Translations under genes and position numbers: made by a program
Assembly: GCA_963827655.1 (NCBI GenBank)
Contig: CAWHCF010000007.1
Coordinates: 1 to 64,000 of the forward strand
Source of the DNA: an uncultured Acidobacteriota bacterium
Lineage (GTDB): Bacteria > Acidobacteriota > UBA6911
Length of the DNA stretch: 64,000 bases
Reading direction: 5' to 3'
The notes under the pieces: model-generated
What the model was told of the DNA's origin: nothing
Databases searched by the model: none
Seen by the model: only the letters and a program-made list of their open reading frames with translations
Shown here: positions 40,481-51,063 of the stretch, one piece after another
How positions within the stretch are numbered: position 1 is the stretch's first letter
Layout: each line of letters starts with the position of its first letter

Positions 40481-42737
40481 GTTTCAGCATGACGGCTACG
40501 TCGGTAGTGGGGAGCTTGCAAGCGTAGTTTTCACACACGTACGCCGTCGCCTTGCCGTTCAGCCTTTTCACCGTTTTAAGGAAGGGTAGATACTGAATCA
40601 AGAATTGCTGTCCGGCTCCGCCATCGGCAAGCAAGACGACTTTCCCCGGAATGTACTGCCGGTGCACCTCACGCAACATTTTCTGCGTGTCCGCGCGCTG
40701 AGGGCTGCCGGCAATGATAATCTGTTTCGGCTTGTCGAGATGAAAGTCGAGTGCCACTAACAGCTGAGGCATAGCCTGCGGTTGTTGCTTGGCCCGCTCC
40801 CCGAATAAGGCCAGCGACCGCTCCGCCATCTCACGCCATTGCCCGCTGTCGGTCATTTGCGCCAGGCGCGAGAGATTCCACAACGCGATCGAGTTGCCCG
40901 CCGGCTCCGCGCCGTCATAGTCTTCCTTGGTTCGGAACAGAAGCGTAGAATCTTTTCCGGAAGTATCGAAAAAACCGCCATTCTCGCCGTCATAAAACAA
41001 AGCATTCTGCTCGCCGGTCAGCTCGATGGCCAGCTTGAGCCAGCGAATATTCAGGGACGCCTCGTACAGGTCCAGCAAGCCCATCGTGAAGAATGCGTAG
41101 TCGTCGAGATTAGCCGCGAAGCGAGCCTCTCCATCACGATACCGGCGCAGGAGTCGCTTCGCTTTGGCATCGTACAGTTTCTGATAGATGAAATCTGCGG
41201 CTCTTTCCCCCGCGCGAAGATAGGCAGGATCCTCTAACGCCTGGGAGGCTCGGGCAAAGGCCGAAATCATGAGACCGTTCCACGAGGTCAGGATTTTGTC
41301 GTCAAGGTGAGGCCGGGGCCGGCGCTGACGTTCCCGGAGAAGTCTGGCGCGAGAATCGGCCAGATCCCGAGCGATCTGATCGGGCGTCTGCTGGAACTTC
41401 TTCGCGGTCTCGTCAATGGGATGTTCAACGTAAAGAATATTCTTTCCTGAAAATACCTTGTGGACATCTTCCAGCGCATTGCCTTGGGACCTGATGCCGT
41501 ACCGGTACTTGAATACCTTTGCCCGATCGCCTGCCAGAACCTGCTCGATCTCTTCCTCCGTCCACAGGTAGAAGGCGCCCTCTTCTTTCTCGCCGGGTTT
41601 GTCAAAGTCCACGGGACTCTCGGCATCCTCGGCCGAGTAGAACCCTCCTTCCGGATCGGTCATGACGCCGAGCACGTAGGTGAGGGTCTCCCTGGCGGTT
41701 GCCGCGTAATCCAGATTGCGGGTGATCTGATAAGCGTCGACGTACGAACTGACCAGCAGCGCCTGGTCGTAAAGCATCTTTTCGAAATGCGGGACGCGCC
41801 ACTGACCGTCGACCGAATACCGGTGAAAGCCTCCGCCGAGATGGTCGTAAATCCCTCCGGCGCGCATTTTTTGGAGGGTCGCCAGCACCATGCGGAGCGC
41901 GTCGGCTTCGTTGAACCTGGAATGATAACGCAACAGGAAATTCAACGTTACCGGGCGGGGAAACTTCGGCCGCCCGCCGAACCCGCCATAAAGCGGGTCA
42001 AAGCTTTGCTGGAATTGTTCGTACGCGGTCTTCAAAATGGATTTCTGTGGTTCGACCCCGGTTTTGGCACCGACAGAGCTCAGCTTGAGGACCTCGGTGA
42101 TCTCCCGGCTGGATTGCAGGATCTTCTCGGGATCGGCCGTCCAGATTTCTTGGATCTCGCCTATGAGTTCGCGAAACCTGTCGGCCGGAATATAGGACCG
42201 TCCGAAAAATGGCTTCAGGTCCGGGGTCAGGAAAAGCGACATGGGCCAGCCGCCTCCCCCGGTCAGCGCCTGAAGCGCGTTCATGTAAATCCGATCCACG
42301 TCGGGGCGCTCTTCGCGGTCGACTTTGACATTGACAAAATACTTGTTGACCACGCCGGCGATCTCCTCGTTCTCGAACACCTGCCGTTCCATGACGTGGC
42401 ACCAGTAACAAGAGGAGTACCCGACGGAGAGAAAGATCAGCTTATTCTCTTTGCGCGCCCTGACAAACGCTTCTTCGCCCCACGGGTGCCAGTCTACCGG
42501 ATTGAAAGCATGCTGCAGCAGGTAAGGGCTCTTCTCGTTAACCAGACGATTGGGCTTCTTCCCTTTTCGCAGTTGATCGGCCACGAAGGTTGCCGCCGTG
42601 TTCTCCGAGCCCCGGACCACGTTCGGTCGGTCTTGCGAGGACCGCGTCGTGCCGACGCTGAAAGCCACAACCGCGGCCGCCGCCAAAACCATTGATCCGA
42701 GACTTTTCCGATATGCGCGCATCCCCTTCGTCTTCAT
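40464..42737 (-). CDS. Thioredoxin-domain + six-hairpin glycosidase-like protein (YyaL/SSP411 family)
   Basis: [83 protein letters not shown]. Confidence 0.93.
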   Translation of the reverse strand: MKTKGMRAYRKSLGSMVLAAAAVVAFSVGTTRSSQDRPNVVRGSENTAATFVADQLRKGKKPNRLVNEKSPYLLQHAFNPVDWHPWGEEAFVRARKENKLIFLSVGYSSCYWCHVMERQVFENEEIAGVVNKYFVNVKVDREERPDVDRIYMNALQALTGGGGWPMSLFLTPDLKPFFGRSYIPADRFRELIGEIQEIWTADPEKILQSSREITEVLKLSSVGAKTGVEPQKSILKTAYEQFQQSFDPLYGGFGGRPKFPRPVTLNFLLRYHSRFNEADALRMVLATLQKMRAGGIYDHLGGGFHRYSVDGQWRVPHFEKMLYDQALLVSSYVDAYQITRNLDYAATARETLTYVLGVMTDPEGGFYSAEDAESPVDFDKPGEKEEGAFYLWTEEEIEQVLAGDRAKVFKYRYGIRSQGNALEDVHKVFSGKNILYVEHPIDETAKKFQQTPDQIARDLADSRARLLRERQRRPRPHLDDKILTSWNGLMISAFARASQALEDPAYLRAGERAADFIYQKLYDAKAKRLLRRYRDGEARFAANLDDYAFFTMGLLDLYEASLNIRWLKLAIELTGEQNALFYDGENGGFFDTSGKDSTLLFRTKEDYDGAEPAGNSIALWNLSRLAQMTDSGQWREMAERSLALFGERAKQQPQAMPQLLVALDFHLDKPKQIIIAGSPQRADTQKMLREVHRQYIPGKVVLLADGGAGQQFLIQYLPFLKTVKRLNGKATAYVCENYACKLPTTDVAVMLKQLGVR

Positions 42738-42761
42738 GACAAAAGTATACTAGCAACGAGG

Positions 42762-42833
42762 TTTAGTGTCTTCGCGTCTTCGTGGTTAGTGCAGCGGAAC
42801 AAAAAACCACCACTGAGACGCGAAGACGCGAAG
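42762..42833. repeat. Back-to-back pair of the dispersed octamer-periodic repeat
   Basis: tttagtgtcttcgcgtcttcgtggt then accaccactgagacgcgaagacgcgaag. Confidence 0.75.
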
Positions 42834-42845
42834 TAAGATAAACCT

Positions 42846-44063
42846 GTGGATCATCATCGGCGATTTGAAAGCATGCGGTCGACACTCTTGCGCTCGAACC
42901 ATTTCTACCGACCGCGGCTCGAGCGGCAGCTACCTTTTTCCGAGCTTCCATTCACTTCTAAAGCAGAGCTCGTGGAAGATCAGGCGATGAATGCTCCGTT
43001 CGGGACCAACCTGACCTACCCTGTTTCATCCTACACGCGAATGCATCAGACCTCGGGAACGGCCGGGAAACCGCTACTGTGGCTGGACACACCCGAGTCC
43101 TGGGACTGGTTCCTCCGGTGCTGGGAGGAAGTTTACCGGGGAGCGGGAGTTCGAACGGGCGATTGCGTGTTTGTCGCGTTTTCATTTGGTCCTTTCATCG
43201 GATTCTGGGGTGCGTTTGAGGCGGCGCAACGAATGAAAGTGATGGCGTTGTCGGGCGGAGGGCAGTCCACCGCGCAGCGTCTTCGGACGATTCTAGACCG
43301 CCAGGCCACGGTCCTGGTGTGTACGCCAACCTATGCGCTGCGGCTGGCGGACGCGGCCACCGAGGAGGGTCTGGATATTCGGTCCAGTTCCATCCGGGTC
43401 ACGATCCATGCCGGCGAACCCGGGGCCAGCATTCCCTCGGTCCGGAAACGCATCCAGGACTCCTGGGGAGCTCGTACTTACGACCATACGGGGATGACGG
43501 AAATCGGCGCCTACGGCTTCGAATGTGAAAGCCAGGCCGGCGTCCATATTAATGAAGACGAATTCATCCCCGAGGTGATTGACCCGGTCACCCTTCAGCC
43601 GGCGGAGCGCGGTGAAAGAGGCGAGCTCGTATTAACCAACCTCGGACGCCTGGGCATGCCGCTGATTCGCTATCGCACCGGGGACCTGGTGGTTCTTTCG
43701 CGCCAACCGTGCGCCTGCGGGCGCAAGTCGGTCCGTATGGTCGGGGGAATCCTGGGACGGACCGACGACATGATCACCGTCCGTGGCGTGAATCTGTTTC
43801 CCAGCGCCGTAGAAAACATCATCCGCAGACATCCGGAAGTGGTCGAATTCTCCATCGAAGTTTCTCGCCGTCGGCAAATGCAGGAACTGGCGTTGAAGCT
43901 GGAGCTGCGAGACACGGTCGATGGGGCTGCGGTGGTAGAACGCATCGGCCGCGAGTTGCTACTCGATCTTCACATCCGCGCCGTCATTGAGTGCGTTCCT
44001 GCCGGGCAATTGCCTCGATTCGAATTGAAGTCGCGCCGCATCCGCGTCGTCGATTCCGCTTAG
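42846..44063 (+). CDS. Phenylacetate-CoA ligase (PaaK-like) family aromatic acid-CoA ligase
   Basis: TSGTAGKP, TPTYAL, AGEPG, GMTEIG, GELVLTNL..PLIRYRTGD, GRTDDM..VRGVNLFPS. Confidence 0.88.
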   Translation: MDHHRRFESMRSTLLRSNHFYRPRLERQLPFSELPFTSKAELVEDQAMNAPFGTNLTYPVSSYTRMHQTSGTAGKPLLWLDTPESWDWFLRCWEEVYRGAGVRTGDCVFVAFSFGPFIGFWGAFEAAQRMKVMALSGGGQSTAQRLRTILDRQATVLVCTPTYALRLADAATEEGLDIRSSSIRVTIHAGEPGASIPSVRKRIQDSWGARTYDHTGMTEIGAYGFECESQAGVHINEDEFIPEVIDPVTLQPAERGERGELVLTNLGRLGMPLIRYRTGDLVVLSRQPCACGRKSVRMVGGILGRTDDMITVRGVNLFPSAVENIIRRHPEVVEFSIEVSRRRQMQELALKLELRDTVDGAAVVERIGRELLLDLHIRAVIECVPAGQLPRFELKSRRIRVVDSA

Positions 44064-44105
44064 TGTTTCTTCGTGTCTTCGTGTCCTGGTGGTATTTGTT
44101 TGCGC
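44060..44105 (-). repeat. Copy of dispersed octamer-periodic repeat
   Basis: ttagtgtttcttcgtgtcttcgtgtcctggtggtatttgtttgcgc; contains the TAG stop of the CoA ligase. Confidence 0.8.
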
Positions 44106-44147
44106 TTTTTCAGTTGACAGGCGCACCCCCAGGCATAAGACAGAACG

Positions 44148-44786
44148 ATGGTTCAATCTTCGAACAGACGTTCAAAAAGCGGCCAAGCCCGCATGCGCCG
44201 CCGCTATGATGCCCGGCGTCTGGATATCCTGAGCGCGGCCTCCAAGGCCTTTCGCCAGCGGGGCTTCGCCGCCACCGGCATGCGGCAGATCGCCGACGTG
44301 GCAGGACTCTCCCCCGGCAACCTCTACCACTACTTCAAAGGAAAACAGGAACTGCTCTATTTCTGCCAGGATCATTCCCTCGAGAAGATGCTCGCGGCTC
44401 TTCGGCAAACCCGAATTTCGGGCGAGACCGCCGCGGGCAAGCTCAGGATCGTCATAGACGCTCACGTGCGCTGCATACTCGACGAGATCGAAGGGTCGGT
44501 GGCACACCTGGAGGTCGACGGGCTCCCTGCAACCTTGCGACGGCGTCTCCTGGCGAAGCGTGACCGCTACGAGCGCGGAATTCGCCGCCTCGTGGCGGCA
44601 GGAACCACGTCGGGCGAGTTTGTCGCGTGTGATCCCAAGCTCGCCACGCTGGTGATTCTCGGATCGCTCAACTGGACGGCGCGCTGGTTCCGCCCCGAGG
44701 GGGACCAATCCGCGCGCGAGATCGCCGAAGCCTTTGCCGATTACCTGATCCGCGGGTTAGAGAAACGAAAGGGAGTCAAAACTTGA
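44148..44786 (+). CDS. TetR family transcriptional regulator
   Basis: ILSAA..F.Q.GF.ATGMRQIADVAGLSPGNLYHYFKGKQELL; LNWT.RWFRP (KstR2-like C-terminus); start may be 44193. Confidence 0.92.
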   Translation: MVQSSNRRSKSGQARMRRRYDARRLDILSAASKAFRQRGFAATGMRQIADVAGLSPGNLYHYFKGKQELLYFCQDHSLEKMLAALRQTRISGETAAGKLRIVIDAHVRCILDEIEGSVAHLEVDGLPATLRRRLLAKRDRYERGIRRLVAAGTTSGEFVACDPKLATLVILGSLNWTARWFRPEGDQSAREIAEAFADYLIRGLEKRKGVKT

Positions 44787-45379
44787 AGAGTGATTCCTGC
44801 AGCCAATGTTACCTTGAGCCTAAAAATGAGATTCTCAAGGCCGCCACCATTGCGCTTCGTCTGAACGGGGAAGATGTCGAGGTGGCGTTTGCCCCTTACA
44901 AGACACTGCTTGAAGTCCTCAGGGAGGATCTCGGGCTCACCGGAACCAAGCACGGCTGCGAACTGGGCGAGTGCGGAGCCTGTACCGTGCTGCTTGACGG
45001 AGAACCCGTCCTCTCGTGTCTGGTCCTGGGACTCGAGTGCGACGGGCGCGAGGTCCACACCGTCGAGGGGTTGGCGTGCCAGGGAAAACTCCACCCGCTG
45101 CAGGAAGCCTTCGCGGTCCTGGGCGCTGCGCAGTGCGGCTACTGCACGCCGGCCATTCTGGTCACCGCCAAAGCGCTGCTCGACCGGGTCGCAAGTCCGA
45201 CGCGCGACGAGATTCGTCAGGCTCTCTCCGGCACTCTGTGCCGCTGTACCGGCTACCTGCAGATCTTCGAAGCGGTCGAAGCCGCAATCCTGGCGTTGCG
45301 CGACGGGGTCAGGACTGATACGGCGGCTGCTTGCGCCGCGGCGGACCGAACCGTCCGCGAACGGGGAGAAGAGCCGTGA
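44783..45379 (+). CDS. hcrC: (2Fe-2S) subunit, 4-hydroxybenzoyl-CoA reductase gamma-like
   Basis: GTKHGCELGECGACTV, AQCGYCTP, LCRCTGY. Confidence 0.75.
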   Translation: MKSDSCSQCYLEPKNEILKAATIALRLNGEDVEVAFAPYKTLLEVLREDLGLTGTKHGCELGECGACTVLLDGEPVLSCLVLGLECDGREVHTVEGLACQGKLHPLQEAFAVLGAAQCGYCTPAILVTAKALLDRVASPTRDEIRQALSGTLCRCTGYLQIFEAVEAAILALRDGVRTDTAAACAAADRTVRERGEEP

Positions 45380-47838
45380 ACGGGGCTACCCACACGATTA
45401 TCGGCATACCCCGGCGGCGCGTCGATGGACGCGCGAAAGTGACCGGGCAGACCCGCTTCGCCGACGATGTCGTCCTGCCCCGCATGCTCTACTGCAAGCT
45501 CTTGAGATCGCCCCATCCGCATGCCCGGATCCTCGGCATCGATACCGCGCGCGCGCGTGCCCGTCCAGGCGTCCAACTCGTTCTCACCGGAAAGGACCTC
45601 CCGATCGAATATGGAATTCTACCGGTAACCCAGGATGAGCAGGCGCTGTGCGTCGAGCGGGTCCGTTTTGTAGGCGACCCGGTCGCCGCGGTAATCGCGC
45701 GAGACGAACTCACGGCATTCGAAGCGCTCGACCTCATCACGGTTGACTACCAGGCGCTGCCAACCATCGCAGACCCCGAGCAGAGTCTCGAGGTGGCTGA
45801 GCCTCAGATTCACGGGTATGGTGAGGAAGGAAATATTCACAAGCGCGTCTCTTTTGACTTCGGCGACGCAGACGCAGGGTTCGTCGAGGCGGACCACATT
45901 TTCGAGGACACGTTCTTCTACCAGGGAAACACCCATCTTCCCATCGAGCAGCACGCGGCCGTCGCGGCAGTCGATCCTGATGGAAAGCTCACAGTCTGGT
46001 CCAGCACCCAGACCCCGCACTACCTTCATCGCGCCCTGGCAAAAGTGCTGGAACTCTCTCCCGCCCACATCCGGGTGATTGCCACACCAAACGGCGGCGG
46101 CTTCGGCGGGAAGAGTGATCCTTTCAACCATGAGATCGTCGTGGCAAAGGCGGCCCTCCTTCTCGACCGGCCGGTCAAAATCTGTCTTACGCGCGAGGAA
46201 GTCTTTTACTGCCATCGCGGCCGTCACCCGGTCCTGATGGCATTCAAGACCGGCGTAAAAAGCGATGGAACGATCACGGCCATGCACCTCAGGACCCTGA
46301 TCGACGGCGGGGCTTACGGCTCTTACGGAGTAGCGAGCACGTTTTATACCGGCGCGCTTCAGACCACGACCTATCATATTCCGCGCTACAAGTTTCAGGG
46401 GTGCCGGGTCTTCACCAACAAGCCGCCGTGCGGGCCGAAGCGCGGACACGGCACGCCCCAGCCACGGTTCGGACAGGAAGTCCAGCTCGACAAAATCGCC
46501 GAGGCCCTGTCGCTGGACCCGGCCGAACTACGCCTTCGTATCCTTGAAACACCCAACTCGGTGACGGCGAATTACATTCGCCTGGGAACAGTCGGCCTCG
46601 ATCAGTGCATTCGCCGGGCCGTTGCAATTTCCGGCTGGAAGGAGAAATTCCGAAAGCTGCCCGAGGGGAAAGGGGTCGGCCTCGCCTGCTCTGCCTACCT
46701 CACCGGGGCGGGATTGGCGATCTACTGGAACTCGATGCCGCATTCCGGCGTTCAACTCAAGCTCGACCGTGGCGGGGGTGTCGCCGTCTTCTCCGGGGCG
46801 ACTGAAATTGGTCAGGGTTCTGATGACGTGCTCGTGGCCATTATCGCCGAGGTGCTGGGGGTTCATCCCTTCGATATCCGCGCGGTAACCGGAGATACCG
46901 ACCTGACTCCCGTCGACCTGGGATCCTACTCGAGCCGCGTGACATTGATGATGGGAAATGCCGCCATTCAAGCCGCCGAACGCGCGAGAGATATGCTTGC
47001 CGATGCGGTGGCTCGTCACCTTGACCTGCCGAAGGCACGGCTGATCTTTGCCGACCGCCGCGTGTTCGATTCGGAAGACACGGACAGAGGAGTCAGTTTC
47101 AGGGAGGCAGTCTGTCTGGCGGAGGCCATTTTCGGAACCATCGGGACGGTCGGCTCCTACACCCCGCCGCCATCACCGGCGCGCTTCAAGGGAGGAGGCG
47201 TGGGCCCGTCGCCGACATACTCGTACACGGCGGCCGTCGTCGCCGTGGACGTCGATCCGGCCACAGGTTGGATTACGGTGCCCAACATCTGGGTGGTGCA
47301 TGACATCGGGTGCGCGATCAACCCGACTCTGGCGCGCGGGCAAGTCGAAGGAAGCGTCTACATGGCGCTGGGGGAGGCGCTTATGGAGGAACAGCTTTTT
47401 CGCCGTCTCCCGCCGAAATTTTCGAACGCGCTGGTCCACAAGTTTCCCTCGATCCTGGAATACAAGAGCCCGACCTCACTCGACATGCCGGAGATCGTCA
47501 CCGAGCTGGTCGGGGTTCCCGATCCCAGGGGGCCGTTCGGCGCCAAAGAGGTCGGACAGGGTCCCCTGCTTCCGATCATGCCGGCGCTGGCGAACGCCGT
47601 TTACGACGCGATCGGAGTTCGAATCGATGAGGTCCCGATCACCCCGGAGAAGGTCGTCAAGGCGCTCGACGCCAAGAGGGCAGGGCGGCCCGCCCGATTC
47701 GGCCCCGCGGCCTTTCCCGACATCCGTTGGCCCGAGTCACTGCGGGTTACGACACCCTGGCAAGGTGGGGACGGCCGAGCCCTGAATGAGCCGGCTCGAA
47801 AGTCGAGTCCGCGACGAGAAAAGGTGATTTTCACATGA
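45376..47838 (+). CDS. hcrA: Xanthine-oxidase-family molybdopterin subunit, 4-hydroxybenzoyl-CoA reductase alpha-like
   Basis: AKVTGQ.RFADD, GGGFGGK, RGHGTPQ, EIGQG, GSYSSRVT, GAKEVGQG; C-A-B gene order with an HcrB-type beta subunit. Confidence 0.72.
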   Translation: MNGATHTIIGIPRRRVDGRAKVTGQTRFADDVVLPRMLYCKLLRSPHPHARILGIDTARARARPGVQLVLTGKDLPIEYGILPVTQDEQALCVERVRFVGDPVAAVIARDELTAFEALDLITVDYQALPTIADPEQSLEVAEPQIHGYGEEGNIHKRVSFDFGDADAGFVEADHIFEDTFFYQGNTHLPIEQHAAVAAVDPDGKLTVWSSTQTPHYLHRALAKVLELSPAHIRVIATPNGGGFGGKSDPFNHEIVVAKAALLLDRPVKICLTREEVFYCHRGRHPVLMAFKTGVKSDGTITAMHLRTLIDGGAYGSYGVASTFYTGALQTTTYHIPRYKFQGCRVFTNKPPCGPKRGHGTPQPRFGQEVQLDKIAEALSLDPAELRLRILETPNSVTANYIRLGTVGLDQCIRRAVAISGWKEKFRKLPEGKGVGLACSAYLTGAGLAIYWNSMPHSGVQLKLDRGGGVAVFSGATEIGQGSDDVLVAIIAEVLGVHPFDIRAVTGDTDLTPVDLGSYSSRVTLMMGNAAIQAAERARDMLADAVARHLDLPKARLIFADRRVFDSEDTDRGVSFREAVCLAEAIFGTIGTVGSYTPPPSPARFKGGGVGPSPTYSYTAAVVAVDVDPATGWITVPNIWVVHDIGCAINPTLARGQVEGSVYMALGEALMEEQLFRRLPPKFSNALVHKFPSILEYKSPTSLDMPEIVTELVGVPDPRGPFGAKEVGQGPLLPIMPALANAVYDAIGVRIDEVPITPEKVVKALDAKRAGRPARFGPAAFPDIRWPESLRVTTPWQGGDGRALNEPARKSSPRREKVIFT

Positions 47839-48875
47839 TGCGGCTTCCCCTTTTTCAATATCGCGCGCCGCGCAGCCTGAGCGAGGCATCTCGTATCCTC
47901 GAAGGAGAAGGGGCGCGCGCAATGCTCCTGGCCGGTGGTACCGACCTGCTCCCCAATATGAAGCGGAGGCAGCAAGTTCCTGCTACGCTGGTCGCCCTTC
48001 GGCGCGTGAAGGGGCTGCGCGAGACGCGGGTTCGAAAAGAAAACGGACTCGCCCTTGGGCCCTGTTTGACCATAACAGAGATTGCACGAAACTCGCGGAT
48101 CAAGGAGCAATACACGGCACTGTGGCAGGCGGCGTCTCAAATCGCAACTCCGCACATCCGCAACCTGGGGACTCTGGGCGGCAATCTTTGTCTCGATACT
48201 CGCTGCAATTATTACAACCAGAGCTACGAATGGAGGAAGGCGATCAATTTCTGCATAAAAAAGGAGGGCGACATGTGCTGGGTGGCAACGGGGAGCCGCC
48301 GCTGCGTCGCGGTCTCGTCGACCGATACCGCGCCGGCGCTCATGGCGCTCGGAGCTCGACTGCGCCTGGTTTCGCAACGCGGCGAGCGTGAGATCGATCT
48401 GGTGGATTTTTATCGGAACGACGGTATCGAGTATCTGACACGCCGCCCGGATGAGATTCTGTCCGAAGTCCTGCTGGATTCTCGGGCAGGATGGCGGAGC
48501 ACTTACTGGAAGCTTCGCCGCCGCGGCTCCTTCGATTTCCCGGTTCTTTCGGTCGCAGCGGCCGCCCGAATCGACGGTGACGGAGTGGTGGAAAACGCTC
48601 GCGTCGTGATCGGGTCGGCGGCCTCATGCCCTATGATCGCCGCGCAAGCGTGCGACTTCCTCGCCGGCCGACGCCTGGACGATGAGACGATCGAGGAAGC
48701 GGCCACGCTGGCTGCGCGGGTTGCGAAGCCGCTGGACAACACTGACTTTGCCATGGGATGGCGCAAGAAGGTGGCGCGCGAGTTTGCCACGTATGCTCTT
48801 CGCGAACTCCGCGGCGACGACACGCGCCTTGCACGCGAGCGCCTCGTGCGCCATTCCTTGTTTTATCAAGGCTAG
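47835..48875 (+). CDS. hcrB: FAD subunit with [4Fe-4S] insert, 4-hydroxybenzoyl-CoA reductase beta-like
   Basis: AGGTDL, RNLGTLGGNL; C-x15-C-x7-C-x8-C insert (CNYYNQSYEWRKAINFCIKKEGDMCWVATGSRRC); KLRRRGSFDF. Confidence 0.8.
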   Translation: MMRLPLFQYRAPRSLSEASRILEGEGARAMLLAGGTDLLPNMKRRQQVPATLVALRRVKGLRETRVRKENGLALGPCLTITEIARNSRIKEQYTALWQAASQIATPHIRNLGTLGGNLCLDTRCNYYNQSYEWRKAINFCIKKEGDMCWVATGSRRCVAVSSTDTAPALMALGARLRLVSQRGEREIDLVDFYRNDGIEYLTRRPDEILSEVLLDSRAGWRSTYWKLRRRGSFDFPVLSVAAAARIDGDGVVENARVVIGSAASCPMIAAQACDFLAGRRLDDETIEEAATLAARVAKPLDNTDFAMGWRKKVAREFATYALRELRGDDTRLARERLVRHSLFYQG

Positions 48876-49042
48876 CAGCTGTTACTCCACCGCTAAGCCG
48901 CAAAGACGCCACGCAGCGCGGGCAGGGAGCGCGCCTGACAACAACATAAAGTCGTCTCCGCGGCGGTTCATAACGATGTACACTTACTCGGGGACGTCCG
49001 CAGTGGGCCCTGCCCACTGCCCTGATTAAGGAGGGAACGATT

Positions 49043-49342
49043 ATGGCAGAGAACGATGAAGGCAGTTTGCTCAAGAAAGCCAGGCAGGTCGGAGAACAGG
49101 TGGCGCAGGCGGCCGCTGAAGCCTCCCGGCTGAAAGATGTGGCTTCTCATGCCGTTGAAGATGCGGTGACTGAGGCCAGGCGGTTCGCCAAACGCGGCCG
49201 TAATGCCGCCGAAGACCTGGTCGACGAGGCGGCCCATCGCATCAAGCGCGATCCTATACGCTCGGTCGCCCTTGGCTTCGCGATTGGCCTCGGTGTGGGC
49301 ATTTTGACCGGATTGCTGGCATCACGCCGTACCGAGGAGTAA
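49043..49342 (+). CDS. DUF883 / ElaB-YqjD-like membrane-anchored protein
   Basis: Helical N-part; C-terminal IKRDPIRSVALGFAIGLGVGIL anchor. Confidence 0.72.
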   Translation: MAENDEGSLLKKARQVGEQVAQAAAEASRLKDVASHAVEDAVTEARRFAKRGRNAAEDLVDEAAHRIKRDPIRSVALGFAIGLGVGILTGLLASRRTEE

Positions 49343-49380
49343 CTATCCCGGCCGGTTATCCCGAAGCAAGATTAGTAGTC

Positions 49381-49424
49381 TTAGTGTTTCTTCGTGTCTT
49401 CGCGTCTTGGTGGTATTTGTTTCG
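49381..49424 (-). repeat. Copy of dispersed octamer-periodic repeat
   Basis: ttagtgtttcttcgtgtcttcgcgtcttggtggtatttgtttcg; near-identical to 44060-44105. Confidence 0.8.
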
Positions 49425-49436
49425 CACGACCGGCGG

Positions 49437-49712
49437 TCAGGCTTCCGAACTCGTCGGATCGATCATCGCTTTTACCGGAGAAATGCGGTTGGCCGGAAAT
49501 CCGCCCCGCCGGGCGTGCTCTCGCACCGTCTCTTCATCGGGCGCAATGTACACACAGTAGATCTTGTCCGGGGTAACGTAACTGTGAATCCATTGAATCT
49601 GGGGGCCCAGTTCTCTCAGCACGTCGCAAGACTTTTGCGAAATGGCCTGCAGTTCCTTCGCAGATAGTTTTCCAACTCCTGGAATCTCTCTCTCGATCAC
49701 ATACTTCGGCAT
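49437..49712 (-). CDS. DUF4242 family protein
   Basis: MPKYVIEREIPG...IQWIHSYVT.DKIYCVY.AP.EE.VREHARRGGFPANRIS. Confidence 0.9.
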   Translation of the reverse strand: MPKYVIEREIPGVGKLSAKELQAISQKSCDVLRELGPQIQWIHSYVTPDKIYCVYIAPDEETVREHARRGGFPANRISPVKAMIDPTSSEA

Positions 49713-49802
49713 AGCAGGTCTCCTTTTTGTCTGCGCCTCTTAACGCCGTTTCAGGGGTCCCCATGCGTTGAGTGAGCAGAGCAGAGTCAAATTAGAAAGC
49801 GG

Positions 49803-50987
49803 TCATTTATGGCTTGCTGACTTTACTATCTGGTTGATCCACACGTCAATCCGCGGCGTGTCCCAGCTGTACGGTTTTGACAGAATATCGAGGTCTCCGT
49901 CTCCGTCCAGGTCGGCGACTCTCGACTCATGATTGCCCATCCCCTTCGAAACAAGGGTGCGGGTGAAATTGCCTTTACCATCACCCAGGAGAATCCAGCT
50001 TCGGGCCTCCGGGTGGTCGGAGGCCGCTCGCGTCCAGCGCGCCATTTCGGCGCAAAATATGTCGAGGTTCCCGTCGTTATTGCAGTCGGCTACGGCGAGG
50101 CTGTGGCCGTGGATCACATCTTCCCCGAACAGGTCGTGACCGATGAAAGAAGCGCCCGACCATTCATACCACTTCAGCCGCCCGACCCCATCGCCGACCA
50201 CGAATACGACCTCGGGTCTTCCCCCCTTCTTGAGCTGACCCGCTGCAGCTCGAGAGAAGCTCTGGGTTTCATCGATGAGGTGCGAAGCATAGCGGGTTCC
50301 TCCGTCATGTTTGAACCAGCGGCCGCCCCCCACAATATCGAGCTTTCCGTCGCCATCGATATCGGCGCCGGCTAACCCTTCGCACTCTCCGGATTCCCAC
50401 GAGAAGATTTCGATCGACTGCCAGGATCCTGCTGCTCTGGGATCGTCCGGAATTTCGGCGAGATACAGCTTCCGCTCTCCCTGATTCCAAAAAACCAGCT
50501 CGGCCTTGCGGTCGCCATCAAAGTCGCCGAATATCTGGTCGTGGTGCTTCTTGCCGCCAGATTCCTTAATGAAGCGGCGAGTCCAGGCGGAGTCAGGAGC
50601 ATACCGGGGATAAGGATTTTCCCACCAGTAGACCCTGTTCCCCGAGGCGTCATCACCCATCACGATGTCGAGATCTCCGTCCCCATCTATGTCGTGGAAG
50701 GCGCCCCCGGCCTCGATGGGAAGGAATTCCTTTTCGATGGCATATTTCGTCCAGCCATTCGGTTGACGCCGGTACCACACGAGAGCCGGAGCCTTCTCGC
50801 GGGCGCCAATCACAAAGTCGTTGATTCCGTCCCGGTCGATGTCGAGCACCAGGGAGGCCGTCTGCTGGGTCGAATGACCCGGCGCGGGAAGGTCGCCGTT
50901 CCGGCTCGAGAGCTGACCCCACGAAATCTGCTGGGGCGCGCTGAGAACCAAGAGCGATCCATAAACCAAAACCAGCCACGGAGACAC
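49803..50987 (-). CDS. FG-GAP/VCBS repeat beta-propeller protein (start uncertain)
   Basis: DIDRDGINDF, DIDGDGDLDI, DFDGDRKAEL, DIDGDGKLDI, DLDGDGDLDI repeats; upstream ORF part overlaps a repeat and the next gene. Confidence 0.8.
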   Translation of the reverse strand: MSPWLVLVYGSLLVLSAPQQISWGQLSSRNGDLPAPGHSTQQTASLVLDIDRDGINDFVIGAREKAPALVWYRRQPNGWTKYAIEKEFLPIEAGGAFHDIDGDGDLDIVMGDDASGNRVYWWENPYPRYAPDSAWTRRFIKESGGKKHHDQIFGDFDGDRKAELVFWNQGERKLYLAEIPDDPRAAGSWQSIEIFSWESGECEGLAGADIDGDGKLDIVGGGRWFKHDGGTRYASHLIDETQSFSRAAAGQLKKGGRPEVVFVVGDGVGRLKWYEWSGASFIGHDLFGEDVIHGHSLAVADCNNDGNLDIFCAEMARWTRAASDHPEARSWILLGDGKGNFTRTLVSKGMGNHESRVADLDGDGDLDILSKPYSWDTPRIDVWINQIVKSASHK

Positions 50988-51063
50988 GAAGACGCGAAGA
51001 AACGCTAAGAACGCTGTCGAAAAACAAGAAAGCGCCGACTCGCGCCGAAGTGGTAAAGAAGGG

